A DNA stretch of 64,000 bases from an uncultured bacterium (GTDB lineage: Bacteria > Vulcanimicrobiota > CADAWZ01): the NCBI GenBank assembly GCA_949288455.1, contig CASEKF010000036.1, positions 12,435 to 76,434 on the forward strand, read 5' to 3'. Positions 40,919-51,324 of this stretch are shown here, in pieces. The notes beneath the pieces are model-generated. The model was not told where the DNA came from. It did no database searches and saw only the letters and a list, made by a program, of their open reading frames with translations. A program made the translations under genes and the position numbers. Each line of letters begins with the position of its first letter. The stretch's first letter is position 1.

Positions 40919-41479
40919 TTGAAAGGCACGCATAAAGAATTAATGGCTAAAAAAGGAGCTATTCTCGAAGATTTAAGAGAAAAAATTTCTAAAGCCAGCG
41001 TCGTAATATTAGCCGACTACAGAGGCGCCGGAAAAGGTTTAAGCGTAAAAGATATTTCTGAACTTAGAAGAGCCGCAAGAGCTCAAAACGCAGAATTTAA
41101 AATCGCAAAGAACACTCTTATAGCAAAGATCCTGCAAGAAAACGGAATAGAAGGGCTGGAAGAAGTATTGGAACGTCCGACGGCCATATATTTTGGATAT
41201 GGAGATCCGGTAGCGGCAGCTAAAGCTATAGTAGAATTTGCAAAGTCGAAAAAGAACAGCGAAAATCCGGACGGGCTTCCTATTCTAAAAGCCGGAAGAT
41301 TCGAGGGCGAAATTCTCGACAAGGCCGGAATTAAACGTCTTGCTTCAATGCCTTCAAGAGAAGAAGTTCTTGCTCAACTGCTATCGCTTATAAATACCCC
41401 GGCTCAAAAAGTTATGGGTATTATGCAAGCTCCCGGCCGAGACATTCTCAGCATTGTAGATCAATACGCAAAACAATAA
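40919..41479 (+). CDS. rplJ: 50S ribosomal protein L10
   Basis: TTG start with AGGAAAGGAGGT RBS 7 nt upstream. Typical L10 sequence (…VVILADYRG…LSVKDISELRRAAR…). Confidence 0.85.
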   Translation: MKGTHKELMAKKGAILEDLREKISKASVVILADYRGAGKGLSVKDISELRRAARAQNAEFKIAKNTLIAKILQENGIEGLEEVLERPTAIYFGYGDPVAAAKAIVEFAKSKKNSENPDGLPILKAGRFEGEILDKAGIKRLASMPSREEVLAQLLSLINTPAQKVMGIMQAPGRDILSIVDQYAKQ

Positions 41480-41560
41480 GCTTCAACTAAATGAAAGCAG
41501 CAATTTTTCAGTATAAGCTAAACTATATAACTTAAAGCAAATAACGGAGGAATATATATA

Positions 41561-41938
41561 ATGGCTATAGATAAAAACGAACTCGTAGAAGTAATTTCCG
41601 GCTTGACTTTAATGGAAGCCGCCGAATTAGTAAAAGCTCTGGAAGATAAACTTGGAATTAAAGCTTCCGCTCCTATGGCGATGATGGCAGCTCCTGCCGC
41701 AGCCGCAGCCGAAGCAAAAGAAGAAAAAACTTCGTTCGACGTAGAGCTTACAGCCGTAGGATCTCAGAAGATCCAGGTTATTAAAGTCGTAAGAGAAGTA
41801 ACCGGACTCGGTCTTAAAGAAGCTAAGGACTTGGTAGAAGGAGCTCCTAAAGCGGTAAAGGAAGGACTTGAAAAAGCTGAAGCCGAAAAAATTAAAGAGA
41901 AATTTGAAGCCGTCGGAGCTACCGTAACTATTAAATAG
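41561..41938 (+). CDS. rplL: 50S ribosomal protein L7/L12
   Basis: N-terminal dimerisation helix, Ala-rich hinge ([13 protein letters not shown]), and C-terminal domain …[16 protein letters not shown]…. Confidence 0.92.
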   Translation: MAIDKNELVEVISGLTLMEAAELVKALEDKLGIKASAPMAMMAAPAAAAAEAKEEKTSFDVELTAVGSQKIQVIKVVREVTGLGLKEAKDLVEGAPKAVKEGLEKAEAEKIKEKFEAVGATVTIK

Positions 41939-41950
41939 TATATAAAAAAA

Positions 41951-41990
41951 CTAAGGGAGACTCTTTGTTAGAGTCTCCCTTAGTTTTTTT
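41951..41990 (+). terminator. Rho-independent terminator after rplL
   Basis: 14-bp perfect stem ctaagggagactct / agagtctcccttag followed by a T7 run. Confidence 0.75.
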
Positions 41991-42271
41991 ATATACTATT
42001 TAATAGTTACCCTGAAGACGAAAATACATTCAATTTCCTCTTGTAAAAAATTTTAAAGCTTTAATTATAAATATAATCAGCCCTTAGTCGCTGCTAGAAA
42101 ATAAAATTAATAATATTTGCCGCGCGACAAAAACACGCTATAATTTAACTGAAAAACATTAAAATGATTGGCCATTACTAATAACGAAATCCGGCATTTT
42201 ATTACGCTACGCAAAATTAAACTCTCCTCGCGCTTCATTTTTTATATAAGTACATGTTATAATTAAGCGTA

Positions 42272-43168
42272 ATGAAAAATAAAAAATATAATGACATTAA
42301 ATATTTGGCGATATTTTTATTAATTTCTATATTAATTCACTTAGCTTTATTTATAAGCGCGTATTACTGTGATTTTTTCAAAGAAAAAAAGAAAATCAAT
42401 CATAATTTTACCGTATCATATTCTTCTTATAAGAAACCGAAACCAATTATAAAAACTAAAATTTCTGATAATCGGCCGTCTAAACCCGCACAAATTATAA
42501 ACGACGAAGCTAAAAAATCTATAACATTAAACGAAAAACAAAAAAATGTTCAAACGGTAAATCATCCTATAAAAAATGAAACGGCAAATACGAACGAAAC
42601 CGAAACCTATAATAAAATAAAATCAGAAACGCAAAAAAGCGACAGTATTAAGGATGAGCTTCCCAACTTAGCGGAAACTTTGGAAAATCAAAAAACTAAA
42701 GATATAAAAAACAACGACGAAACAGATAACGAAAAAACTTCCGAGTTAACAGAAGAAGCGCAGGCAAATAAAGATTCGACTCAAGAAATAAAAGCCGGAA
42801 ACAATAGCATCATAATAATGCCTTTAGAAACCAAAGAACAAACAGCCAAAGAAATCATCGACGAATATGAAAAAAATAACGCTAAAATATCAATAAAAGA
42901 TAAACAAAGACTAAGTATACTGCTGGTAAAATTTATAATTTCCGAATCAGGTTCTCCAAAAAATATAGAATATGCTATAAAGTCAAACGATCAAGAAATT
43001 AACGAAACGATCAAACAAATAGTTTCGTTAACGGCTTTTAATAAAAACCAAGGCGAGCAGGGTTATCTTCCGATACTCGTATTTTCCGAACGAAAATCTA
43101 ACGTTATAAAAATACAAAGAAAAGGCGACTTTAAAGGGAAAACCATCGAAATACCTCATATGGATTAA
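42272..43168 (+). CDS. Hypothetical membrane-anchored protein with Asn/Lys/Glu/Thr-rich linker; TonB-like architecture possible
   Basis: N-terminal TM (LAIFLLISILIHLALFISAYY), a long low-complexity spacer, and a ~90-aa C-terminal globular region. Confidence 0.4.
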   Translation: MKNKKYNDIKYLAIFLLISILIHLALFISAYYCDFFKEKKKINHNFTVSYSSYKKPKPIIKTKISDNRPSKPAQIINDEAKKSITLNEKQKNVQTVNHPIKNETANTNETETYNKIKSETQKSDSIKDELPNLAETLENQKTKDIKNNDETDNEKTSELTEEAQANKDSTQEIKAGNNSIIIMPLETKEQTAKEIIDEYEKNNAKISIKDKQRLSILLVKFIISESGSPKNIEYAIKSNDQEINETIKQIVSLTAFNKNQGEQGYLPILVFSERKSNVIKIQRKGDFKGKTIEIPHMD

Positions 43169-43175
43169 TATAAGT

Positions 43176-43206
43176 AAAAAGAGCCGGTTATAACCGGCTC
43201 TTTTTA
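43176..43206. terminator. Bidirectional terminator
   Basis: aaaaagagccggtta-taaccggctcttttt. Confidence 0.65.
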
Positions 43207-43220
43207 CTTATTCAAGTTAA

Positions 43221-45401
43221 TTATTTAGCGGCTACTTTAATTAGTTCTACCGCATTCGGCCACCAATCCCACATTTTGTATGTCCGGCCGTTTCTTTCGA
43301 ACGAGCTGATAAAATCGGAGCTGTCGGAAAGAGCTATCGAAGTGATTCCTAAAGCCTGAACGGTTTTAACTTCTCCGGCTTCGGCTATACCGTTAGTATT
43401 GGCGTCCTGCCATACCGAAAGTCCGTCTAATTCCGAACCGCTGACTTTGCCGTCATTGTTTTTATCGTAGAGAGAAAGTTTTTCGTAACCGGTATCATAT
43501 CCTCCGGCAGTCCCAAATAGACAGCTGAGATCTACGCTGCCGTCGGCTTTAGGGGCTACCAGCAGACCGTCTTGAGGACCAACCCATTCCATCGCTATTT
43601 CAAAACCGTCGCCGAAGAAATCGCCTATTATATTATTTGTCGCTACGTAATCATGTCCGGGCATATGCTGACCGTTAGAAGCCTGAAGAACGCCGTTGCC
43701 GGTCATATCGAGAACCAGCGGAGAAACTGTCTTAGTACCTTCTTGAATATATACAGAAGTTTTAAAAGTCTCAGTGTCGACGTTAATCACTTTCGTAAGA
43801 ACGCCGTCGATCATCGCGTATTCCTGATCTCCATAGGAGACTCCGACCGTAGTCGTAATTGTATTGTCCTTAACTTCTGATCCTTCGTTTACGATATTGA
43901 AATTAGGTTCCTCGAAAACGGCTCTCTGATACTGAAGTCCCTGATATGCGACTTGATTGAAATCAAGCTCCGCATAACCGGCTATTTTTGATACGTCGTA
44001 AGCGTTTCCGTTAACGTCCGTAAGACCGTTTATAAAGGAAGTAAGTTCAGATTTAAGCTGAGCCATCAAAGAACTATATTTTGCGTTATGAGCGCTTAAA
44101 GCGGATTCCGCCGCAGTTTTACTTTCGGATTTAGCCTGAGCGTCTATTTTTGCTTTATCTGCGGCATCCTGAGCGGCATCTACTTGCGAAGAGGCTGAGG
44201 AGTTGGCGGAACTCTGAGACTCTTGAGCCGAGCTAAGAGAAGCGGCGGCTGAAGAAGCGGCGGCTTGAGCTGAAGAAAGATTAGCTTCAGCGTTAGCAAG
44301 GGCTGTCTGAGCATTTAAAAGAGCGGTTTCGGCGGCGGCCAACTCTTCGGAATCGCCTGAAGAGATACCGGGAATATTATCTTCTCCTTCTCCAAGAATA
44401 GGAGTATTAAAAGCGTTTACGGCGGCTTGAGCGGCGCTGACTTCAGCTTTAGCCGCTTCGTAAGCGGTCTGAGCAGACTTTAATTCCGTTTGAGCGGCGT
44501 CATAAGCGTCTTGAGCGGCGCTAACGGCGTCAGAGTTTTGTTCTGCAACGGCAGCCTGATTCTTTTCAGCGTTTGCAAGAGCGGACTCAGCCGAGGCCTG
44601 TTCTTTAACGGCTTTATCATAAGCGGCTTCAGCGCTGTCCAAAGCGGCTTGCAAAGCGGCCTTTTCGGCTAAATAAGCGTCAAGAGTCTGTTGAAGTTCG
44701 GCGATTTTGACTTGCACCGCCTTTGCGTTAGCGTCCTGTTTAGCGTTCCAAGAAGCGGCGTTATTAGTTTCGTCCGCGAGAAAAGCTTCATACATCTTAT
44801 TTCTTTCTTTTTGAGCTTCTTCTTGCGTGTAAGTTTTACCGGAAGTTTGACTAACAATATCTTTAAGATTACTGCCGGTAACGTTACCTGAATTTAAAGA
44901 AGCCGTTCTTCCCGGGATAACTTGCGACGCAATAGCGGAAATGCTTCCAAAATTACTGCCGGCCGCGGGGTCTATAAGCTGATTCGCCGCGAAAGTTTTT
45001 TTGCTATAATCGGAGGTATAGCTATTTATATTGCTTCCGGTCGAAATCCAGGCGGTGGAAACGCTCGTGCTCTCTCCGGCTACGGCGGGAACTAATCGGC
45101 TGTAAACGTCGTCTGTCAACGCGTTTCTTAAATCGTCATATACAAGCTGACTGTTTAAAAGATCATTTGAAAATAAACTCGTGACTTCAAATTTATTCTT
45201 ATATCTCCCTGCATAATCCTGAGCGGAACTTGTCCAACTCGTCGTAACATGTTTTATATCTACTCTGCCTGAACCGATATTGGTAACTGTCCCTTTCTGC
45301 GTAGTCGGAGCTTTTACTCTTACGGCAGTAGCCGCATCGGCGGCGGCGGCAAAAGCGAAAGCGCAAATTCCCGCTAAAGTTAAAGATAAAAGTTTCTTCA
45401 T
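43221..45401 (-). CDS. Secreted surface protein with long Ala/Gln/Ser-rich coiled-coil region and C-terminal Ca-binding-like motifs
   Basis: Sec signal peptide (MKKLLSLTLAGICAFAFAAAADA). About 250 aa of heptad-like Ala-rich repeats. C-terminal DKNNDGKVSGSELDGL and DANTNGIAEAGEV motifs, which are EF-hand/dockerin-like D-x-D/N-x-D/N-G loops. Confidence 0.6.
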   Translation of the reverse strand: MKKLLSLTLAGICAFAFAAAADAATAVRVKAPTTQKGTVTNIGSGRVDIKHVTTSWTSSAQDYAGRYKNKFEVTSLFSNDLLNSQLVYDDLRNALTDDVYSRLVPAVAGESTSVSTAWISTGSNINSYTSDYSKKTFAANQLIDPAAGSNFGSISAIASQVIPGRTASLNSGNVTGSNLKDIVSQTSGKTYTQEEAQKERNKMYEAFLADETNNAASWNAKQDANAKAVQVKIAELQQTLDAYLAEKAALQAALDSAEAAYDKAVKEQASAESALANAEKNQAAVAEQNSDAVSAAQDAYDAAQTELKSAQTAYEAAKAEVSAAQAAVNAFNTPILGEGEDNIPGISSGDSEELAAAETALLNAQTALANAEANLSSAQAAASSAAASLSSAQESQSSANSSASSQVDAAQDAADKAKIDAQAKSESKTAAESALSAHNAKYSSLMAQLKSELTSFINGLTDVNGNAYDVSKIAGYAELDFNQVAYQGLQYQRAVFEEPNFNIVNEGSEVKDNTITTTVGVSYGDQEYAMIDGVLTKVINVDTETFKTSVYIQEGTKTVSPLVLDMTGNGVLQASNGQHMPGHDYVATNNIIGDFFGDGFEIAMEWVGPQDGLLVAPKADGSVDLSCLFGTAGGYDTGYEKLSLYDKNNDGKVSGSELDGLSVWQDANTNGIAEAGEVKTVQALGITSIALSDSSDFISSFERNGRTYKMWDWWPNAVELIKVAAK

Positions 45402-45815
45402 AATTTATCACGCCTTTCTTTAAAATTTTTAAAATTATTAAACCGCTATATATCACTAAACTTAAGATAATAACAATCTTTAATTATTTATCTTGCATAC
45501 GTATGTTTTGTAAATTTTTGATATTGTTTTGTAAAATTTGTAACTCTTTTGTTAACAAAATTATACAAATAAATTGTTGCCAATATATTAACAAAGAATT
45601 ACGTTATTGTCATAATTTATATTTTTTTTTTACAAATTAAGTCATTTATTAATATATTACGGATAAATTTCAAAAAATGTCAAGCAAATATCATGCAATT
45701 AATTCATATATCTCCGGATAAAACCTTGATATTATTTTATAAAACTTGCTCAAATATAATAAAATACTTCTAAAAATATTAACAACAAATTATATTCTAG
45801 CATAAATTTAAACGA

Positions 45816-46700
45816 TTACTTTAACATATCATTCAGAAACTTTCTAAGCGACTCTATGGCTTTATGATGCCTCATAACCGCAACGGAACAACCGGATAAA
45901 ATACAAGCCGCGGCCGTAACGGCTTCCCATATGTATCCGTATAAAAACGCTTCCTTAACTCTCCATGCTTCTGCGCCTATAAAATTTATAAAAGGATGCG
46001 CTAAAGCCTTGTCTCCGCTAAGAGCCGCCAATCTGGCTCTCTCCATTATCGAACAGCCGTATTCCAAACCGTAACCTAAAGCCCCGGTAGTCGGATCGGC
46101 CATTATCCTTTCAGGCGGAAAACCAAGATCTCTAAGCATAATATTTAATTGTTTAGCTATATTTATATCTATCGGAGATTCGGCTATAATAGAATGACCG
46201 TTTTCCAGAACGCTCACAGCTATAGTCTTATAATTTTCCAAAGTTACGGAGCCTATAATTAAATTTTCATCTTTAAATTCCAGAGCTATTTTAGGCAAAA
46301 TTTGATTGTCAATATCGGCATGGCCGTTTCCTTTTACTATCAAAGCTTTAGGTTCGGCGTCAAGAACGGATTTTACGGAAAATAAAGCGCTTTTTAAATC
46401 CGGGCACCCGGTATCAGAAGAAGACGCTAAGTTAAGGCACAAAACTTCAGCTCCAAATTCTTCTATAGATTTTTTAGCCCAGTCGCCGGGAGAATTAAAA
46501 ACTCCGCCTAATACGCTTTCATCCCAATCGAGCCGTCCATAAGGAGGCTTATCCCAAATCTCAAACGCCATGCAAATCCTTGGCGAAAAACCGTCTTCAT
46601 CATAAAAAGGAAGATAATCCTCGCCGCCTATGCTAATTTTATTTTTTCCAAGAAACGCTTCTATAATCGAATCGGAAAACGAATCTTTATAAACTTTCAT
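45816..46700 (-). CDS. acsD: Corrinoid iron-sulfur protein small subunit (AcsD/CdhD-type, TIM barrel)
   Basis: PIDINIAKQLNIM…DPTTGALGYGLEYGCSIMERARLAAL…AEAWRVKEA… closely matches the AcsD delta-subunit pattern. Confidence 0.8.
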   Translation of the reverse strand: MKVYKDSFSDSIIEAFLGKNKISIGGEDYLPFYDEDGFSPRICMAFEIWDKPPYGRLDWDESVLGGVFNSPGDWAKKSIEEFGAEVLCLNLASSSDTGCPDLKSALFSVKSVLDAEPKALIVKGNGHADIDNQILPKIALEFKDENLIIGSVTLENYKTIAVSVLENGHSIIAESPIDINIAKQLNIMLRDLGFPPERIMADPTTGALGYGLEYGCSIMERARLAALSGDKALAHPFINFIGAEAWRVKEAFLYGYIWEAVTAAACILSGCSVAVMRHHKAIESLRKFLNDMLK

Positions 46701-46708
46701 GACGTATA

Positions 46709-48412
46709 TTACCTCTTAAATAAATTTTCGTCGGTATGCGGCAAAAAAAGCGCGGCCGTCCATCTTTCCATAAAATTAGGATCGGAAGACAAATCCACGT
46801 AAAAAGAAGTCTTGGCTAACTCTAAAGCCTTATTAAACAATCGACGTGAAAAAAGCATGTTTTCACAGCCTAATAAAGAAGAATTGCCAATCATTTTAAA
46901 TTTAGTCTTGTCGAGAGGAGGCAGAAGACCTATGCGCCAAAAATCTTCAATAGAGACATGTTCGGCTATATTGCCGGCAATATATATCGCGTCTAAATCA
47001 GACCATGAAAAACCGAAAGACGCCAAAAGACTTTCCGCTCCGGCATAAATCGCAGCCTTTGCGCGGATAAAACAGGAAATATCCTCCTCGTCTATAAAAA
47101 CCTCGCCCTGAGAAGACGAAAATAGAGTCATCCTGGACGCTACGCCTACTTTAGAGACAAAAGGAGCCGAATCCGTAAAGCGCCCTTTCTTATCTACAAA
47201 TCCCGCCGCAAAAAGACCGGAAATAAGAGAAACCAGACCTCCTGCGCATATGCCCGAAGGATCTCCCGAAACGGTAGAAAATTCTATTTTTCCCGCAGGA
47301 GAAATAAAAAATTTATCTATAGCTCCTTTGAAAGCTCCCATTCCGCATTTTATTCCGCCGCCCTCGAAAGCCGGGCCGGCGCTGGCAGAACAAACAGCGC
47401 TCCAATCTGATCCTCCTAAAGCTATTTCGCCGTTGGTGCCTAAATCTATAAGCATAGTTAAACTCTCGCCGCCGCAAAAATTGCAAAAAGCCATACCTGA
47501 GACTATATCTCCTCCGACATATCCGGCAATAGAAGGAACTGAAAAAACAGAAAGTTTGTCTCTTCTATACATAGGGAATAAACTTGCCGGAGCAACGCTG
47601 GGAATTTTTCTTATGGAAATAGGACTTACCTTATAAAAAATATGAGTCATAACGGTATTTCCGGCAAAAAACAACAAAGACGGAAAAGCTAGATCGGTCT
47701 TATCGGCCATATTGCGGAAAAGAGACAAAGATACATTCCAAACAAGCTCCGACATTTCGGTAAGATAACTTTTAGAAGCTTCTATACGAGCGGTAATATC
47801 GCTTCCAAAAACGCATTGAGCGTTGAGAACCGTTCCTCTTGCCTTGACGCGCTTTTCAGAGAGATCTATAAGAGAACACTTTATAGCCGTAGTGCCAAGA
47901 TCCATAACGCCTACCGAAAGCCCGGTCTTATCTTGAATAGGCAAACAAGGATAATCTCCAAAAGTCAAAACGGCTTTTATCGATTCCAAAGGAAGCTCCG
48001 CTACGGATCTTATAAAATCCAGATCCGGATCTTTTATCGAAGATATCGAAGATTCAAGACGTGAGACGAAATTTGAAAATGAATATTCCGAAAAAGAAAT
48101 ATCTTTTACCGCTAAAAGAGAATCTTCGCAAGAACAAGGCAAAATCTCGTCGGTTAAATAAATACGTTCGGAATAGTCAAAAAAAGATTGAGAAAAAACT
48201 TCTATATCGGCCAAAATTTTATATTTGCATGCCAAAACTTCTTTAATTACGCCCGCTTCTTTAATTTTTACCATGCATTTACCGCAAGTCCCGAGTCCTC
48301 CGCAAGCGTTTTGAAAAAATAATCCGTTTCTTTTAGCCGCGCCGTAAAGCGTTTCCCCTGCGTATGAGATTATCGTTTGTTCAGAAGGATGAAATAAAAC
48401 GCTAAACGACAT
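46709..48412 (-). CDS. Corrinoid activation/regeneration protein (RACo/AcsV-like): 2Fe-2S ferredoxin domain + ASKHA ATPase domain
   Basis: N-terminal plant-type ferredoxin motif CGGLGTCGKCMV. C-terminal ASKHA fold (DLGTTAIK…, DLGTNGEIALG). Confidence 0.75.
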   Translation of the reverse strand: MSFSVLFHPSEQTIISYAGETLYGAAKRNGLFFQNACGGLGTCGKCMVKIKEAGVIKEVLACKYKILADIEVFSQSFFDYSERIYLTDEILPCSCEDSLLAVKDISFSEYSFSNFVSRLESSISSIKDPDLDFIRSVAELPLESIKAVLTFGDYPCLPIQDKTGLSVGVMDLGTTAIKCSLIDLSEKRVKARGTVLNAQCVFGSDITARIEASKSYLTEMSELVWNVSLSLFRNMADKTDLAFPSLLFFAGNTVMTHIFYKVSPISIRKIPSVAPASLFPMYRRDKLSVFSVPSIAGYVGGDIVSGMAFCNFCGGESLTMLIDLGTNGEIALGGSDWSAVCSASAGPAFEGGGIKCGMGAFKGAIDKFFISPAGKIEFSTVSGDPSGICAGGLVSLISGLFAAGFVDKKGRFTDSAPFVSKVGVASRMTLFSSSQGEVFIDEEDISCFIRAKAAIYAGAESLLASFGFSWSDLDAIYIAGNIAEHVSIEDFWRIGLLPPLDKTKFKMIGNSSLLGCENMLFSRRLFNKALELAKTSFYVDLSSDPNFMERWTAALFLPHTDENLFKR

Positions 48413-49734
48413 TACCGTAAAAGTTCCATATTAAAATTTTTAAGCCAAGAAGAAATACCTGAAGAATCGCCCGTTCCTATAATGACTTTCCAACCGGTCT
48501 TTTCCTCTACGCTCTTTTTTAAAGAAGCCACATGCGAACATATTACTAAAGTCCTGTGAGAAACTTTATCTCCTATTCCCGTTTCCCTCAAAGTTTTATC
48601 AATAATTTCCGCGTTAAATTTATCAGCTGCCCAAGCCGTAAGCAAAGACGTTCCGCCGGTATCGGCTATCAAAAGCCAAACCGGCTTTCTGCTTACCTCT
48701 ATTTCAGACGAAACAAGAAAATGAGTAAGAGAAAAATTAGTAGTTATAAAAACGGGAGAAGTATTATCCGGCTCGTTTATCTTATAAATTCCGGGTTCAA
48801 CTTGAGCGGGTCTTCTGGGATCGGAGTAAACGTTGGACGAAAGAGTCAACAAAGGCAAAAGGCTCGCCGGTTCCGAAAACGGAAGAACGATGCAGCCGGC
48901 ATATCTCATCAGCGCGGCACAAGCAGATATAAGCCGTACGTCTTCGTCTATAATATCGTTAAGCATATAAACGAACGGATAGGTTCTCTGCCTGAAATAT
49001 ACCGCGGAACGTCTTGACGCGGAAGAAGCTATAAGTCGTTCTTTCAAAGTTGAATGTAAAGAAAAGAAAATATTTTTTACATTCTTACATTCCAGTTTAT
49101 CCGCTTCTGAATGTAACTCTTCAAAAGAAGACGCAAAAAGGGCAACGGCGCATTCGTAATTTATGCTCCAGTCGATTATATTATCGCACGACGCGCCTCG
49201 ACATATAATTAAAGGTTTTCTATCCGGAGAGGCTTTTAACGCTTCCCCTATTATTTCAGGTTCGTCAGCTATCAAAATTAAAGCCTTATTTCTTGGCGAA
49301 AGACGCGCGGCCGCGGCAAAATCGCCTCCAGAATGTCTTATCGCCACGGCGTCGACGGAGAACGTCACCCCGGCCCGTTCCATTTTAAAATCGGCAATAC
49401 TACGAGATTGAACAGTAAAGTTGTCTATATTAGAATCTTCAATAGAAACGGCAAGACAAGGTTTATTGTAAAAAGTCTCCTCATGTCGATAGATTACTTT
49501 TTCCGCTCCGACTTTAATTAAAGCTTCGCCTGAGCCGAAAACGACTTCTCTAACCGGGGTAAGAGAAGCTTCGCTAATCTGAAGCTTAAGTTGTTCCGAC
49601 ATATCAGGGCATTGCTCAGCTTTCGTTTTCCCGGAAGATAAAGCCATAGCAAACGCAAGACATGCTCCATATCCGCATTTTTTACAATTAGTTTTTGGAA
49701 GCAGCTTATATATTTGAAGACCTGTCATTCCCAT
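48412..49734 (-). CDS. acsC: Corrinoid iron-sulfur protein large subunit (AcsC/CdhE-type)
   Basis: N-terminus MTGLQIYKLLPKTNCKKCGYGACLAFAMALSSGK…CPDMS is the [4Fe-4S]-binding motif of AcsC. 440 aa. Confidence 0.85.
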   Translation of the reverse strand: MGMTGLQIYKLLPKTNCKKCGYGACLAFAMALSSGKTKAEQCPDMSEQLKLQISEASLTPVREVVFGSGEALIKVGAEKVIYRHEETFYNKPCLAVSIEDSNIDNFTVQSRSIADFKMERAGVTFSVDAVAIRHSGGDFAAAARLSPRNKALILIADEPEIIGEALKASPDRKPLIICRGASCDNIIDWSINYECAVALFASSFEELHSEADKLECKNVKNIFFSLHSTLKERLIASSASRRSAVYFRQRTYPFVYMLNDIIDEDVRLISACAALMRYAGCIVLPFSEPASLLPLLTLSSNVYSDPRRPAQVEPGIYKINEPDNTSPVFITTNFSLTHFLVSSEIEVSRKPVWLLIADTGGTSLLTAWAADKFNAEIIDKTLRETGIGDKVSHRTLVICSHVASLKKSVEEKTGWKVIIGTGDSSGISSWLKNFNMELLR

Positions 49735-50061
49735 ATTCTTTATATTATCCTCTATGTTTTCTTCTATACTTATCTTAGGCGTAATCTTATAACAAACCGG
49801 CCAAAATTAAACCGCGCCTACAAATTTAATAAATCAGCGACGCGAAACTTAAAATGTCTTTTCAATATTAAGTTAATAAACACCTTCTAATAAAAACGCC
49901 GACGTTTATTTATCAACGCTCTTGAAAATAAAATAGCTTTACTAAACTAACGATACATACTTTCTATCTTATTATTTAATTAGGAGAAGTCCGTAAATAA
50001 CAAGGATAAGAAAAAACAATCGGAGAATTTTAGAGAAGGAATATTATGTGCAGAGGTTTAT

Positions 50062-51243
50062 ATGTATTATAAGTCTATATCTAAAGAGCAGGCAAGACAA
50101 TTAGCTATGCCCTTAGAGCCTTTCACGCCGAATAATATAGAATCCAGAATGGATCAAGTTTTCGGATTCGGCAGATGGTCGTCAGAATGCTCTCATGACT
50201 TGTTATGCGCTATAAGCGTTCCGCTTATAGGACCGAGAGGCGAAGAAACTCAAACGGCTATATCTTTATGGCTGACAAAAAATACGATAACTATTCCTAC
50301 CGAAGACGGCGAACTTACTTCAAGAACTTCATATGTGCTCGCTCCGGTTGCAAGCGAAGAAGATCAAGAGGCAAACGAAAGGCTTGCCTTCCTTAATACG
50401 GCTTACAGAGTCCTTGGAGTCGGAACTCAAGGAGAAGCTAAAACGCTGTCTAAAGACGACAATATATTATTCAAAAAAATGTTCTTGTCCGAAAGAATCA
50501 ACGATTTCATAGTCGACGATACGGCTTTAAAAGTACTCATAGCCCAGCAAGAGGAAGAAGAACCCGAAGAAGAACCTTCTCCTTCTTCGGGCACAAATCA
50601 ATTTGAAGCCGTACAAGCTTATATTACTTCGGAACGCCAGACGCAAGAAGTTAATTTCTTTGTGCTTGACTTTTCAAGCAGCGGATTAAAAATAGTTACT
50701 TCTTCCAATTTTCCGAATGACAGAGCATTTAACATGTCTTTAAAAACCGACGATAATCTCGCTCTATGGTGCGAAGTAGCCTGGAAACACGAAATATGGA
50801 AAAATCTATACCATATGGGCATAAATTTTAAAAGACTGCAATTAGATAAATTTGAAAAATTGTGCAAATACCTGGAAATATTTATGCCCGCAAAAGTCAA
50901 AAACATGGTAAAAACGGCTAAAACCATCCCGGTAGAATTTGATCTTTGGAAAGAAACTAAAAGATTTCCGGCGTTCTTATACGGTATATCTTCAAATTCC
51001 ATCTCGATAATCTATCCGGCGTTTTTAAAAACAGGAATGAGAATTAACGCAAAATTATATCCTTTTCAAAAAAGCTCTCCGATAGACTGCGGACTAATAG
51101 TTACAAGCTCAAAACTAATAAAAGGCGGAGGAAGTCAAACGACGCTCCAAATACTGTATATAGACGAAGCTAACTCCGAACGTCTGGAAAGCTTTATACG
51201 TTCCTGCGTCATGGACGACAGAAGATCTAAAAAACTGGAATAA
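50062..51243 (+). CDS. Hypothetical protein; weak PilZ-like features (DFSSSG) in the central part
   Basis: Long ORF with coding-like composition and an acidic linker (EEEEPEEEP). Only a partial DxSxxG-type motif, so no confident family. Confidence 0.35.
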   Translation: MYYKSISKEQARQLAMPLEPFTPNNIESRMDQVFGFGRWSSECSHDLLCAISVPLIGPRGEETQTAISLWLTKNTITIPTEDGELTSRTSYVLAPVASEEDQEANERLAFLNTAYRVLGVGTQGEAKTLSKDDNILFKKMFLSERINDFIVDDTALKVLIAQQEEEEPEEEPSPSSGTNQFEAVQAYITSERQTQEVNFFVLDFSSSGLKIVTSSNFPNDRAFNMSLKTDDNLALWCEVAWKHEIWKNLYHMGINFKRLQLDKFEKLCKYLEIFMPAKVKNMVKTAKTIPVEFDLWKETKRFPAFLYGISSNSISIIYPAFLKTGMRINAKLYPFQKSSPIDCGLIVTSSKLIKGGGSQTTLQILYIDEANSERLESFIRSCVMDDRRSKKLE

Positions 51244-51324
51244 TTCGCCTAAATAAACAACGGCTTACGACGCTGGAAAGAAAAAGCCAAATTTTCAATC
51301 TTAAATAAAACTTAACGGAATATA

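Noticed and set aside
44490-44891. Small ORFs within the Ala-rich surface protein gene
   Set aside because: These are artefacts of repetitive GC-rich coding DNA. The long minus-strand frame has a signal peptide and coherent domain structure.
45622-45631. T10 tract in the AT-rich region upstream of the surface protein gene as an independent phase-variation site
   Set aside because: In a 414-bp stretch that is mostly A/T, a T10 run is not very surprising. It is mentioned only as part of the upstream-region finding.
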